64,000 nt of DNA from the human T2T-CHM13v2.0 reference genome, Homo sapiens. The position numbers and the translations under genes are program-made. The number at the start of each line of letters is the position of its first letter. The first letter of the stretch is position 1. Below, in pieces: positions 15,930 through 28,939 of this stretch. The stretch lies in NCBI RefSeq assembly GCF_009914755.1, contig NC_060929.1. The stretch is one strand, 5' to 3'. The notes under the pieces were generated by a model that saw only the letters and a list, made by a program, of their open reading frames with translations, ran no database searches and was not told the DNA's origin.

Positions 15930-17650
15930 CATGGAGATACAGCGTGTGGGGCTGGAGCCAGGGTGAGTGAGAGGGCGTGGCTAAGAAAGGCTGAGGAAAC
16001 ACGCTGAGCTGACATCCCCGGAGACCCTTTGTGCTTTGCTCAGGTTTGACTTTACCCTTAAAGGCAACAGGGAGACTTTGAAAAGGTTAGGAAAATATCA
16101 GGAGCAAGATTAGATTGGCATTTTAGAAAGACGACTTTATAATAATTTTTATGCTGTTCTTACTTTATGTACCTTTTCTGTATATGTGTTATTTTCACAA
16201 TAAACATGATTTTAAAAAAAGAAGAGCTGATTTTGTCTGCAGTGTAGATGGGTTTAGACTCAAAATGTGAGACAAGATGCAGTTATTTTCCTTTTTGGGT
16301 CTCATTTATTTATTTGTAAAAATATGGGCAATAACACCTCCTGGCATTATGTATGTTATATTCCCAGCATATAGTACTCAAGTAAATATAGTTCTTATTA
16401 ATTTTAATGATGAAAGGAGTCTGAATTAAGGCAAATGCAATGGGAATGGAGAAAGGGAAATAGATGGCAGTGATGTTAAAGAGGTAGATTGTACAAGCGT
16501 CAGGGGCTGATTGAATGCCTCAGGGAGGCAGGGTGAGGGAGTTGCCTTACTTCTCAGGGATCCCACTTGGGTGACTAGGCAGATGGTGATGTAATTTACT
16601 TAGAAAGAGAAAACAGGAAAAGTCCAGGGTTACTGGTGGAAGCTTGGGAATGAGAGGAATTATGAGCTCAGTGTAGAACTTGTTATACTTGGGATGCACA
16701 TGGAGATGCCTGGAGACAGTTGGCTCTGTGAGTCTGTAGCTCAGGGGAAGTTAAGCTCCAGGATGGATATTGGGGAGTTGGTATTTTCTAAGGAAAATGT
16801 GCTCAGAGTAATGAACAGAACTGAGATTAGAAGCATAGAGAGCATTTTAAGAGAGAAACAACAGAACAGGAGGCAAAAAAAAAAAAAAAAAAAAAAAAAA
16901 AGAAAAAGAAAAAAAGGAGAAGAAGGAGATGAGGAAAAAATGGTCCTATATATTAAAAGTAGAAGGAATTATAAGACAAGAGAGGAGAAAATTGTTAAGA
17001 GGAAATGAGTAGTTAATATTGTCAGCTGCCACAAAGAGGTCAGCTAAGGTTTGCACTGGGAAAAAAAGAAGCAGTAGATTTAGTAACGATGGGGAGGGAG
17101 AATATCAGAGTTTTGCCAGAAACCCTTGAGTCTGGAGTGGTACGGCTGGAGTCCAGATTGCAGTCTGTGGAGGAGTGGACAGGAGGTAAGAAGTGGACAT
17201 GAGGTTGAATTGCCCTCTGTTCTTTCAGGGAGCTTGGCTGTGAGGGGAAAAGAGAGACATAGGAATGGTGAAGTTTTGTTTGTTGATTTTAAGAAGTGAA
17301 CCACTTGGATGTGCAGGGAAGTAGCCAAGCTAGAGACAGAAAGAATTCTGAAGTATAGGGTGGGAGGGGGTGGAATTTGCTAGCACAGGTGAAGGAATTA
17401 GCCAGAAACCAGAAAAGGGGGGGTCAATTCCTCTGTGATGAGAAGAAAGCTGGCACTGATCAGTGTGGATAAAAACAGATAAAAGTGTGGGTTGAGATGG
17501 GCGTGTGTGGTAAGATGTTGAGGAAGTTCATGCTGATCATCTCAATAGTCTGTGAAGAGGTCTCTGAGGAGAATGGTGCTGGCCATAGGGCAAAAGCATT
17601 AGGAAGAGTAGACGTGGTTTTATTAAGCTATTTGGGGGAGCAGCTGCTCA
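15930..17650 (-). mobile_element. Degenerate L2 fragments with interspersed pieces and an A-rich tract at 16875-16940
   Basis: Purine-rich L2 pattern (aaggcaacagggagactttgaa; agtctgaattaaggc; tgctgatcatctcaat). Confidence 0.5.
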
Positions 17651-20128
17651 GAAGTGAGCTTAGACAGGAGTTGAATGCTCCAATCCCTGCTGGGGTGGAA
17701 GGTGGCCAGTGGCTGGGTTTCCTGCAGTAGTGCTCCCTCTTGCAGCTGTGGGATTGAGGAAGGGGATAGCAGATGGGAGCCAGTAGGAAGACAAGGGAGA
17801 CCGATGGGCGAGTACTGGAGTGTGCGGAGGAGCGGGCTCGGAAATGTGGGTCCAGGGGCACTCCTGAACCCCCAGAATTTAGCAACTTTTAAAAACCTAA
17901 TTAAAAATAAATGATTTATATAATTTGAGGTCTTTGGACAATGGGAACACAGAATAAATTTTAAAATACTGGTGAGACAAAGGCAGTATTTACACAGGTA
18001 TTACAAACACTTTGGGCCCTTGGGCCCTATTCTAAATTAACTTAAAAAAAATCATTGCAAGACAATGTATAGTTATCCTGTTTTTCCTCTTTTCCTAAAT
18101 TTCCCTAAAGTGTTTGTATCTGCTTGGTAAGGGGAAATAAAGTGGGTTATAAGTGCTATTGATGCTTGATTTTTCATTCAGGCGTGTGTGTGTGTGTGAC
18201 ACACAGAGAGAGAGAGAGAAAATCAAGAAGTCTCTCTGCATTTTGTGACATTAGACGTCAAGTATGACTTTTAAACAACAATATATGTGGGAGTTGATGT
18301 TGGTGTAGATCTATAGCTAAAATTCTCTTGGAGGGTGATTTTTCTTTCTGGTAGGAATAAAGTATTGAAGTCAAACTGTTCAGGAATTTGTCTTTCAAAT
18401 AAAAATATCTTTAAAATTCTGGCAGGAAGTAGGCAAGTTAAGCAGCTAGCCTGGGGCTGGGGGTAACTGCCAGGATAGTTCTGGAAGGAGCCAGTTATGT
18501 CAATAAATATTTGCTGCCAGGTGCTGCCTTTTAAAGGAGCATTTGCCCCTTGTAAAGTTCTCCCCTAGGGCACTTTGAACTGGCCTGGATTGGCAGAGGA
18601 GGGGGAGAGAAATTAAGCCTTTTAGGGGAGACCGTCAATGACTCCTGTGAGTGATGAGGTTAGTGTGATGGCAGCCAGATTTCCTGCCAGAAATCGACCA
18701 CCCCTGTGTTATAAAAATGTCAGGAAGAGTTTCATAATGCCACCGTTCTTAGTAGTCCCAAACCGGAAACAAAATGCCAATTCCAGGAGAATGGTTAAAT
18801 ATATTATAGTTAATTAATTCTGTCATGAACAAGGAAGTACAGATACATACAACAACCAGATTAATCCTTGTCACAAAAGGATTGAGTAAAAATCTAAAAT
18901 CCCAGAAAACCATTTATAATAGTACAATACCATTTTTTTAACATTCCAAAACAAGAGAAGGAACAATAAACACCAAATTTAGGATCGTGCTTACTCATGA
19001 GGGGGCGAGGGATAGAGAAGACAGCACAGGGGAGAGAATGTAAGTGATCCGAGTTATTGCTGATATCATTGTTTGAGTTAGTACGTTCATGGGTGTTTAT
19101 GTATTATTTAAAATAAAATATTAAATAAAGAGGGTCATACACTGATTGATGGAGTTAGTGCATTAGAAAGCAAAGAAGTATGCATTTCAAACAGCATGAC
19201 ATTGTGGGCACTAAATGTGACCATCACGTGGGCCCCTTTGGCAAGCCCAGCTCTTCTCACTTGGTGGGCTAGATCGGTCAGACTCTTCCTACAGGGTTTC
19301 TCTTCTAGTGTTGAAGATGGACTACAAACAACTGAAGAGTTCAGAAAGTGATGAGTACAAGACACAACCATACAACCAAACCAATCAGGACAATATCTTC
19401 ATGAGTAAATATGTAGGTATATCTCTGGTTAGGTGCCCAGGAATAGATTAATTGGATGAAAGAATATGTACATTTAGATTTTTTTATAGATGCTGCCAAA
19501 TTACTCTCCAAAAAGGTTGTACTAATTTGTAAAACCTTGTTTCCCTACATCTCTGCCAACACTGGTGATTATCAGTCTTTTGTCTTCGCCAACTGGCAAA
19601 AAATGGTATCTCATTGTTGCTTCAAATGATCAAATTTTAGATGAGCTTTTGGTGTGGAAATCATTAGTGAGTAGAGACTCTTGGGGCACATATTTCTGTT
19701 CCATTATTGATGGAAGAATAGCTGTAGTTGTACATGCCTAAATACTTTGGGAACAAGTGTGACATGTGATTAGGTCTATTTATTACTCTCTGATCCATTT
19801 GGTCAGGAAGTAGCTCTTGCTTAAAACACGTGGGAGAATGGGAGAGGAGGAGAGGAATATTTCTCTGGTGCTTTTGTGTGCCCTGTAGACAGTGGATTAG
19901 GTGCTTTTACATATCCTTTCATTGAGTTTATTCTTTAGAGCAGCCCTCTGAAGTGGTATGGCGACCCAGAGACTTGAAGATCTTGCTCTAGTCCTGCAGT
20001 TGGAAGGTGATTCAGCTAGCATTCTGATTCCCAAAGCCCATGCTCTCATTTCAAATGTTTATTTTTTCCCTTAAGCCTAACAGAAGACAGCACCAACTTT
20101 AAGGATCTGGTCTTTTAATGGGTCTATT

Positions 20129-20307
20129 CCAGTGGTTCTCAATATTGGCTATACATTGGAAACTCCCGAGGAGCCTGAAAAACTACTAATGCCCGTGTCC
20201 TACTCCCAGAGATTCTGATGTAATTGGTCTGAGGTACAGCCTGGACATAAGGATTTTGAAAAGCTCCCAGGGGATTCTAATGTTCAGCCAAGGTTGAGAG
20301 CCATTGG
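20129..20307. mobile_element. MER5 (hAT-Charlie) element
   Basis: Inverted termini cagtggttctcaa / ttgagagccattg; core cccagagattctgatgtaattggtctg. Confidence 0.85.
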
Positions 20308-21216
20308 TTTAATTCAATGACCTCTAGACTTCTTTTTAGATTTGCATTACCTATAATTTGATTTTGTGACACTCTTTTGGCACCTTATCTCCTAAAAGTT
20401 TTGTGAGTTTTTTCCTTGGTTTATTTTGAGACTTTTGGAAAATTTCCATGATAGACTTTGGAATAATTACAGATATCCTGGTGCAAGATGAATAGAAAGA
20501 CTGCATTACTAAATTCAGGCTGGGAATTGCTGAGCTAATTATTTATCAGATCTTTATTTTGCAATTTAAAAAATCGGTAAACCAACTGCAGCATGACATA
20601 AGCAATCTTCTTGTAGGAGAGTATTAGCAAAATATCAGTATCACTTATGACTTTTCACAGATACATTTCATCTGTTACTAAACATTAAATAGGGCAGGTC
20701 AGAGAGCTCAAAAAAGAAAATATATCAGCTGTAGTAAATAACATTTTATTCAAATATTACTCAGTTTTTCTGGGAATCATTTACCTACTGTCTTATAAAA
20801 GTAAAATACTTTCTGGTTTTTGACCACATACATATGATGAGCTTAGTTGGTAAAAATATTTCTCCCACCTATGGCATCAGGATGCCTCCCCCAACTCCAC
20901 TACAGCTTTAGAAAAACTAAATAGTTATTTTGGCAGCTCAAAGGGGATCATAGTGCCTCTTACCTATGCAGTTGTTGTGGTTTATTCTTAATATGTGTTG
21001 ACGTTTGATATTATATTTCTTGGTGGTGTGGGCAGCAGTTATAAGAGAGCTGTGTGGTGATTCTAATAGAGACCTTGTTTTTTCCATTCCAAAGCACTTA
21101 TTATTGTTGTTTTATTATTGCTGTTACTATTTTAACTTGTAGTTTTTTTCCAAACCAGTTTAATATAGCTCTGATTATGAGGGCCTATTCTATTTCTGTG
21201 TGTCTTGGGAGCTTTT

Positions 21217-21402
21217 TATTTTAAAAAAATATTTATTTATTATAAAGACAGGTTTTTCTCTGTTGCCCAGACTGGAGTGCAGTGGCTAGTCACAGGCACG
21301 ATCACAGCACACTGTAGCTTTGAACTCCTGGACTTAAGCAATCCTCTAGCCTCAGCCTCAGCTTGTAGTTGGGACTACAGGAGCAAACCACCATGCCTGG
21401 CT
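21217..21402 (-). mobile_element. Alu monomer (FRAM or AluJ right arm) with degenerate TSD
   Basis: Right-arm Alu sequence; flanks tgtcttgggagctttt (21201) and tgtcctgggagttttt (21403). Confidence 0.85.
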
Positions 21403-23896
21403 TGTCCTGGGAGTTTTTCCCTTCTCCTTCCAGTTTTATTTTCTGTAAGTCTTATTCATCACGGCATAGTCCAGAGATCAGCTTTGCAAAAACCACGCAC
21501 TGGGAAGGGACAAGAAAAGCCACATTTGGTAGGTTTTGCTTTTAATTCTGTGTCAGTGATTTCCTGTGGAAATTTGGTTTATTCTGTGTCATAATTTCCT
21601 TATCTATAAAAATGGAGATAATAGTTCCTGATTCCCCAGTTAAAATGAGGAACATACAATATTGCCGTATGTGAAAACACTTTGAAATATATAAAGTGTG
21701 GTTTAGTTCAATACTATTTATTTTGAGTGAGTGCATTTTCCTTCTAATATCTACAAAGTTGGTGGAAGAAACCTGAACCGTCTTGGAGCTGCACTGTGGT
21801 GTGTGAAGAGCATGTGAAACTGGAGGTAGAAGGCCTGGTGTGAATCAGGGCAAATCATCTCATCCCAGCTTTAGTTTTCATCTTTAAAATGAGGATGATA
21901 GAAAGAAACCATCTCAGTGGGTGGATGGATTAAATACATATTTCATGAATATGAAAGTACTTCATAAACAGCAAAGTACCTCACAAACATTAGCTATTCT
22001 TCATTCAAATTTGAGTGCATGCTCCCCATCCTTGAAGCCATGCAGATTTATTCTTCAAGGCAGGTGTCTTTCTCCTTAGCCTCTAAACCCAGAATCTTGG
22101 TGTTAATGGCCAGAATCCTCCCTTTCTTCCATTTTACTTCTCCTTTACCAGGTCCTCCCACCTGGACATCGCCACCTCAGACCTTTCCCTCTTTCCCCTT
22201 CTTTACTCTCACCGCTCCCCCAAATCATATTGACATTTTCCTTCTCTGGGTTTTATTGTCTAAATTATGTAATTACAATTCTATTAACACAAATTAAGAT
22301 GACATTATCTTTTTAGCAGCTGATTAACAGCTGCTATGGCTAGCATTTTAGATGACTAGTTTATTTGTTAAATGCATCCAAAATAAATGTTACTAGATGG
22401 TGTTGTTCCTTTGGAGAGCATGCTGTATTTTAGCAGTGACCAAGAGTACTAGAACCCAAAGGAATGATGAATGCAAATATTATATTTCAGGTCTGTATTC
22501 AATATAAGGTGAATGTTTCAGGACAGGTGTGCATTTTGTTGCCATTCAAAGTATACCTTCTATTCAGCTCCTCACTCTGCTATTATGCTGCTCTCAGATG
22601 GGAAGAAAACAAATGAACCAAAAACCATATTTTTTTCCTTTTGTGAATATAGATGAAAAGTTATTTAATAAGGCTTTGATAATTTTTCAGCAATTTTAAT
22701 AACATTATATCATATAATATATACTTTACTTTTTTGGACACAGGAAATACCTGGCAGGCTTTGCTTTAATTCTATATCAGTAATTTCCTGTGGAAATTTG
22801 GATTATTCTGTGTCATAATTTCCTTATCTATAAAAATGGAGATAATAGGTGAAGCTTTGTTGATGATAAACTTTTAAAATATCACACAAATCATCTGACA
22901 CATATATGTAACATGACATTCACATCTTTACAAAAAAAACCCAGCCAGTTATGTTCCTATTTTAATAGTATTCTATAAGGTTTTCTACCCCCAAAACACC
23001 CCAGTATCCTCTTTTTGTTTCTTTTTGAAAACATCGTTTTAAAGGGATAAGCACAGAGTTCCTAAAATCAGCTTACCTTACCTCCCCCTAGTTATGTATA
23101 CCTAACATTGAGCAGTTGGTTTTTGAAATTTTTCTATAAACTCACAGGAAAAAATACTAAACAAGTATCTCTGATAATCCTAGATATTTTTCTTTCTGGG
23201 AGTTAGGTTTTGCTTTCTTGCAGTTGTCTTACTAAGTCATAAATTTCAAAAACAAATGTATCTTCCATAACTACTTTGTACAGCCACAAAAAAGATTGCT
23301 TCTTTGGGGTAACTAATGACTTTTAAGGCATTCTTAAAAACAATGCCTCCTTCCTTTGGGCTATAAGAATGTTTAGGCTGAAAGGAACTGAAGGGCTATT
23401 TAGCCCCAACTCCTGTATTTATTTCCAGATGCACGAACTGGCTCCAAAGACCTGATGTGGACTTAAATTCACACAGATGGGTTGTTTTATTGGGGAGTTC
23501 TTGAGAAAGAGTTTGAATCGGCATATTGAGTATGTGAGATTCGAAACATCTGAGTTGTATTGGTTAGAGCTTTGTGCCATTGCATCTTTCAGATATTATT
23601 TGTCCATGCTTCTGTTTTCCTGGCAAGATGGAATGACAGTAGCAGCATTTCTGTCCTAATGCTGAGATGGGGAAAGTTTTATGTACATCATAGATATTCA
23701 AGTGAGAGATAAAAGTAAAGCCAGCCTCTGTTTTGAAATTTAGTTCTTCTCTGGCCTGAGATGGTCTCAATTCTTAACTCTTAGCCTTAGAAAAATAAGA
23801 TTTTAAAGCATATGTGTGGGGAGACTTGGTATAATCTCTATCTAGTGAGGGATCTCTCTACCATCCCCAAGGAGTGCCTGGTCTTGGCTTGGACAC

Positions 23897-24271
23897 TATT
23901 ACAAAAATTTTTTTAGACAAAATAAATTTAGCAGTTATTTAGCAAAGAATGCTTCTCAGATTGGGCAGCCCCCAGAACCAGAACAGGTTCAGAGTGCCTC
24001 TGTGGCTGCTACATGGTTGGATAACTTTTATGTACAGAAAAAAGAAAGTGATGTATGGAAGATGGAAGTGAACTATAGAAACACTATAGCTGAATTAGTT
24101 TCAACTCAGCATTTGCCTTATTTGAACATGATTGAACATTTGGCAACCTGTGGTTGACTGAAACTCTGTGATTGCTATAAGAGTAGGTTACAATTCACAG
24201 TGTGTGGAGAAACCTTTAGGCAGAACTTAAAATATGTTAGGAGGCAGCTTTAGGCTAAACTTAATTTAACA
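23897..24271 (-). mobile_element. MER57-family ERV1 solo LTR
   Basis: Reverse complement begins tgttaaattaagtttagcctaaagctgcctcc..catattttaagttc; 4-bp TSD acac at 23893-23896 and 24272-24275. Confidence 0.85.
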
Positions 24272-24275
24272 ACAC

Positions 24276-24900
24276 TTTTAGGCAGAGCCGTCTCTGCTGG
24301 CTTCATTGTTGACAGCTCTATTTGTTTGAAAGTTTTTGACTATTTTGAGTTGAAATCTGCTCCCTGTAATTTCTGCCCACAAATTCTAGTCCTTTTTGGG
24401 GAAACCCAGACCCAATATACTATCAATTGACTTCTTTCTTTCTCATGAAGTCTTTTCCTTTCCGGAGTAATCACTTCCATGCCCTTCAGCTTTTCTTCAT
24501 AAGGCATTATTTTCAGATTTCTGATTGATCTTCTTAGGACTCAGTTTGGTTTTTAAATTTTGTCTTTTAACATGTGAGGCTCAGAACTGAATACCTCTCC
24601 AGATGTGGTTGTCCATTATGGGATCTATGGCAAAACCATGACATCTGCTAGTGACACTGTATTTCTATTAATGGAGAATAAAAATACATTTACTTTCTTG
24701 ACAGTTGCCTTATACTCTTGACAAATACTAAACTTGGAAAGAACTAACCCTTCTGGATATTTTCTGCATGAAATGTTGTCACATCAGGTCTCCTCTAGTC
24801 TGTGCAATTAAAATTTGAACCTACATTTATCTATGTTAGATGTTATATTTTTGGTTTCATTGTGGCAAGAGCATTTAAATTCTTGACTCTGCCCTTGATT
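24276..24900 (-). mobile_element. CR1/L3 LINE fragment
   Basis: ttgaaatctgctccctgtaatttctgcccac..ttctagtcct and cagaactgaatacctctccagatgtggt resemble L3. Confidence 0.55.
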
Positions 24901-25080
24901 GAAATCATTTGCATACTTTTCTTATGGTAGAAGAACAATCTTCAGATTTTGAGCAGTGGGGTGCCTTATTTTTCTTAGAAATATCGAGCAAAAGATGCAT
25001 TGATTCTTGACCTTATTCAGGGTCTTCTATTTAAAATATGTGTGTGTGTGTGTTGTAGAGGTATGTGTGTAATGTGTATT

Positions 25081-25510
25081 TGTAGTTGTTGCTGTGGTGC
25101 ATTACCCAGATCTTCCCTTCAGAACCAAATCACTGATTCTCTACTGATGGGAAATTAGAGACTGAGGCTCCTACACTGAGTCCCTCCCTGGGAATTCCCT
25201 TCAACCAAAGAGTGTCTCACAGGATCACAACACCTTCCCAGGGACAGCCTTCATACAATGATTGGCTGAGGCAGGGGAATAAAGGCTCAATCCTATTGCT
25301 TTGAGGATGGGCCATCCCAGCTCTAGAGATTCCCAGTGTTACAGCTGAATCTTTTGTGTTTGTGGCTGCATTGAAATTTAATACTTTTCTCTGGCCACAC
25401 CTACTTCCTTCATTTTCCCACAGGTGTGGAAACCAAGGGTCCTCCTCAGTCAACTTCATGTTTTCAAATCTCCTTCAGAATCAGTTTTCCAGGGAAATTG
25501 ACCTAAGAAA
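25081..25510 (+). mobile_element. ERVL 5' LTR (LTR16 family)
   Basis: tgtag...gctgtggtgc..cccagatc..cccttcag; gggccatcccagctc; ends gacctaagaaa. Followed by PBS-like tggtaccagaag at 25513. Confidence 0.8.
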
Positions 25511-26512
25511 TTTGGTACCAGAAGGGCTCTAAGAAAGCTGATTTTGAAGTGGGAATTTGGAGCTTGGTCACTGTAGTTGGCTAGTAATAGTGGATAATCT
25601 TTATTATGAAGTAGCCATCCAATGGTTAACGCTTTCACTGGTGAACTGGGATGGGATACCCAGGAAGGGAATGACTTGGCTGGTGCAACTTTTCAGATTT
25701 TTGAGAGGTACAAGTACTAATTGTAAGGATAGTGGAATTGGATGGCTGTTGCTGAGTTCCATTAATGCATAGGAGAAAGACAAAAAAGCCGAAGTGTGAA
25801 AGTCTGGCAGACCTCCTTAACAGAAATTAAAGTTACTCTTATCTCCTACAGTCTGAAGGCAAAAATGCTGAAAACCACACCCAGGATTTTATTTTAAGAG
25901 TAGCATATCCCCAGAAAAGATTACATTTTCAGCCCCAGCAAATTTGCTATGCCAAGGCCCAGGCTGAAAAAACAGAATGACGAAAACTTTAGCTGGAAAC
26001 ATGGGGCAAGGTACCCAGCTCTCCCTAAACCTCCTGAGCTTACAGAAGTAGCCCCTTTTTTTTTGTTAGAGATGAGAACCCCACCCCTTACCTGAAGGCA
26101 ATATAGAGACTTTTGCTTTGCAAAACTGCACCTACCTTCCTTGGTGGATCTGCTCCCACCTCCTGGCTACCTAGCATCATGCAAAACATAACCAGGTTAC
26201 GGAAGTGTGAGCTTGCTAAGCAAGGAAAGGGACTAAGCCATGGAGCTGCAGAACCCAGCAGGACGGATAATCAGGAGGCTGAGAGCAACCACCCTAGTGA
26301 AAAGCTACAATTCTTTGCCAAAGTTTTGGACCTGAGCCAGTTTTCAGACTTAGAAGTCATTAATTCAAAATAAGTCTGGGTCCTCAGGAAGAAGTCCCCT
26401 GCAATAATAGCACGGCAAATGATATGGCAGTGTTTCTTCAAGTTATCCCCTAAAGGATCTAAGGCTATTTACTCAGGTAACTATCCTGGGAAAAGAATAC
26501 TCAGAATTTTAA

Positions 26513-27300
26513 GGGTTGTTAGATACAGGGTCCAAAATGACCTTGATACCTTAAGACCTGTGGCTTCCTGTTAAGGGAGTGGTATGTGAAGGGAGTGGTA
26601 TGTGAAGGCCAGTAATAAATGGAATCCTGGCTCAGGTCTGGCTCATAATGTGTCCAATGCATCCAAAGATTCACTCTGTGGTCACTTCACGGGGCTCTGA
26701 ATGTGTAATGGAATGGGCATATAGGTAGTCACTACGACCTCCACATTGGTTCTTGGCCTGTGGGGTGAGAGTAGTCATAGTAAGGAGGCCAAGTGGAAGC
26801 CTCTGAAAATACCCCTTAACCCTACTCAAGAGAGTGCATCAACAATATTATATTCCTGATGCAATAGGTAGAGACTAGTGCCACCCTTAAAGACCTGAAG
26901 AATGCAGGCAGTCCTTGTCCCTATTTCATTTATCAGCCTAGTCTAATAAATGAAAAAAACCATACAGATCCTGAAGGATTAGAGTAGAATACTGCAAACT
27001 CCACCAAGTAATAGCACAATTATAGCAGCTGTGTCAGATGTGGTATCTTTGCTAGAACAAATTAACACAGCCTCAGGCACATAGTATATGAGCATTAATT
27101 TGGTATCTGTGTTCTTTTCTATCCCTAACAGGAAAGAGGATCAGAAAGAGTTTGCATTCACTAGAATAATAATAGTTCTAAGGTTATGTTAACTCTCCCA
27201 CCCTCTAACATTATATAGTCCGAAGGGACACATGCACCACCTGGATTTTCTGTAGTACGTCATCTTTGTCCTCTATATTCATGACACCATGTTAGTTGGA
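26513..27300 (+). pseudogene. Retroviral protease and reverse transcriptase remnants
   Basis: Manual translation: GLLDTGSKMTLIP at 26513; AAVSDVVSLLEQINT and FFSIP..KEDQKEFAF at ~27025-27160; YIHD (degenerate YIDD) at 27274-27285. Many stops and frameshifts. Confidence 0.85.
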
Positions 27301-27764
27301 CTGGATGAACAATAAATGGCAAGTATGTTGGAAGTGTTGGTAAAGATCCACATGCTATAGATGGTGGGAAATAAATCCTATGAAGATTCAGGTGCTTGTC
27401 ACAATAGTAGAGTTTCCTGGGGTCTATTGGTTTGGGGCATGCTGGAATTTCCCTCCAAAATAAAGAACAAATTATTGCATTTCCAGCGTCCTATCACCAA
27501 GAAAAGGTAAAACATCCACTCGGCCTCTTCGAGTTCTGGAAGCAGTATATTCAACACTTGGGAACATTTCTTCTACCTGTTAACTGAGTGATATAAAAGG
27601 CACCCATCTCTGAGTAGGGCCCATAGCAGGAAAGGGCACGGTAGTCATTCTAGGCTGTGCTGCAGGTGGCTTTGCTACTCAGGCCATATGACTAGGCTGA
27701 CCATATGATATAAGGGGTGTTGGTAGTGGAAAAAGATACCATGTGGAGTTTGTGGAAAGCCCCC

Positions 27765-28156
27765 TGTATTAATCTGCTGGGCATGTTAAAATACCATAGA
27801 CTGGGTGGCTTAAACAATAGAAATATTTATTCTCACTGTTCTGGTAGCTAGAAGTCCCAGGTCAAGGTCTAGCAGGGTGGATTTCTGGTGAAGGTGCTCT
27901 TCTTGGCTTGCAGATGGCTGGCTTCTCACTGTGTTCTCATATGGCCTTTTGTATGATATGTTTGTGGAAGAGAGAGAGTTGGAGCACTCTGGTATCTTTT
28001 CTTATAAAGACACTAAAACTATTGGATTAAGACCCAACCGTTAGGACTCCATTCAACCTTAATTACTTCCTTAGATGCCCCATCTGCAAATACAGCTACA
28101 CTGAGGGTTCAGGCTTCAACAATTTTTGGAGGGGACACAAAATTCCACTCCTAACA
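27765..28156 (-). mobile_element. MLT1A/B-like solo LTR inserted in ERVL pol
   Basis: tgtattaatctgct...aataccatagactgggtggcttaaacaa...ctaaca; flanks ccccc/cccct. Confidence 0.88.
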
Positions 28157-28628
28157 CCCCTAAAAAAGAATCACAATGCAGACTCCTAGGACATGCCTTC
28201 TGTAGCAGAGAATTATACACCATTCAATAAACAGCTCCTGGGCTGCTACTGAGCACTAGATAGTGGGATACCAAATGACCCTGCAGCCCGAATGGCCTAT
28301 CATGAGCTGGATTGGGTCATACCACAAGTTAAATTCTAGTGATCCCAGCAACAATCAAATATAAATAAAAGTGGTACGTTCACAAAGCCCATGCCATCTA
28401 TCATTGTTTCAATGGCAGTTCTCTCCCAGCTCACATATAGGACTGTAGGGACCAGGGGTCTTTATGGCCAGCTAACAGAGAAGAAAAAAGGCCTGAACTT
28501 GACTCACAGATGAATTGATCTGGGTACAAGCCAAAAATAGACTTGGATGCACTATAGCCCCTCAGAGGTAGAGTGACGTTGTAATATCCTCCCAGTATGT
28601 AGAGTTGTTGGTGTGCCCTTGTTATTCA

Positions 28629-28663
28629 GTGTGTGTGTGTGTGTGTGTGTGAGTGTGTGTGTG
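28629..28663. repeat. (TG)n microsatellite
   Basis: Read directly. Confidence 0.9.
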
Positions 28664-28939
28664 TAAAGAGAAGTAGCCAGAAGTAAGAATACTTATGAAG
28701 TCATGGACTATGGAAAATGGTTTGTCAGGGACATAGAAAGAGAATATGGAAGATAGAGGATAAGGAGGTCTGGGGAGAAGAATACAGATGCACACATGGG
28801 AGTAAGCCCTTAGTGTGAAGATATTTGTATTACATGTTAATCTCCACCAGAGAGCATCCATTATGGAAAAGGCACCATGAATGTCTAACCGAGTGGACAG
28901 AATGACTTAGCTGACATCAGCTAATCTCCATTCCCATTA

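Noticed and set aside
16694-17008. Lys-rich 104-aa ORF
   Set aside because: Arises from a poly(A)/purine tract within L2-derived sequence.
17718-17747. CTCF-like tagtgctccctcttgcag
   Set aside because: Several mismatches at core positions.
23410-23480. Apparent splice acceptor tttatttccag followed by ATG
   Set aside because: Resembles a degenerate MIR core (ttttacagatgaggaaactg) and has no good donor.
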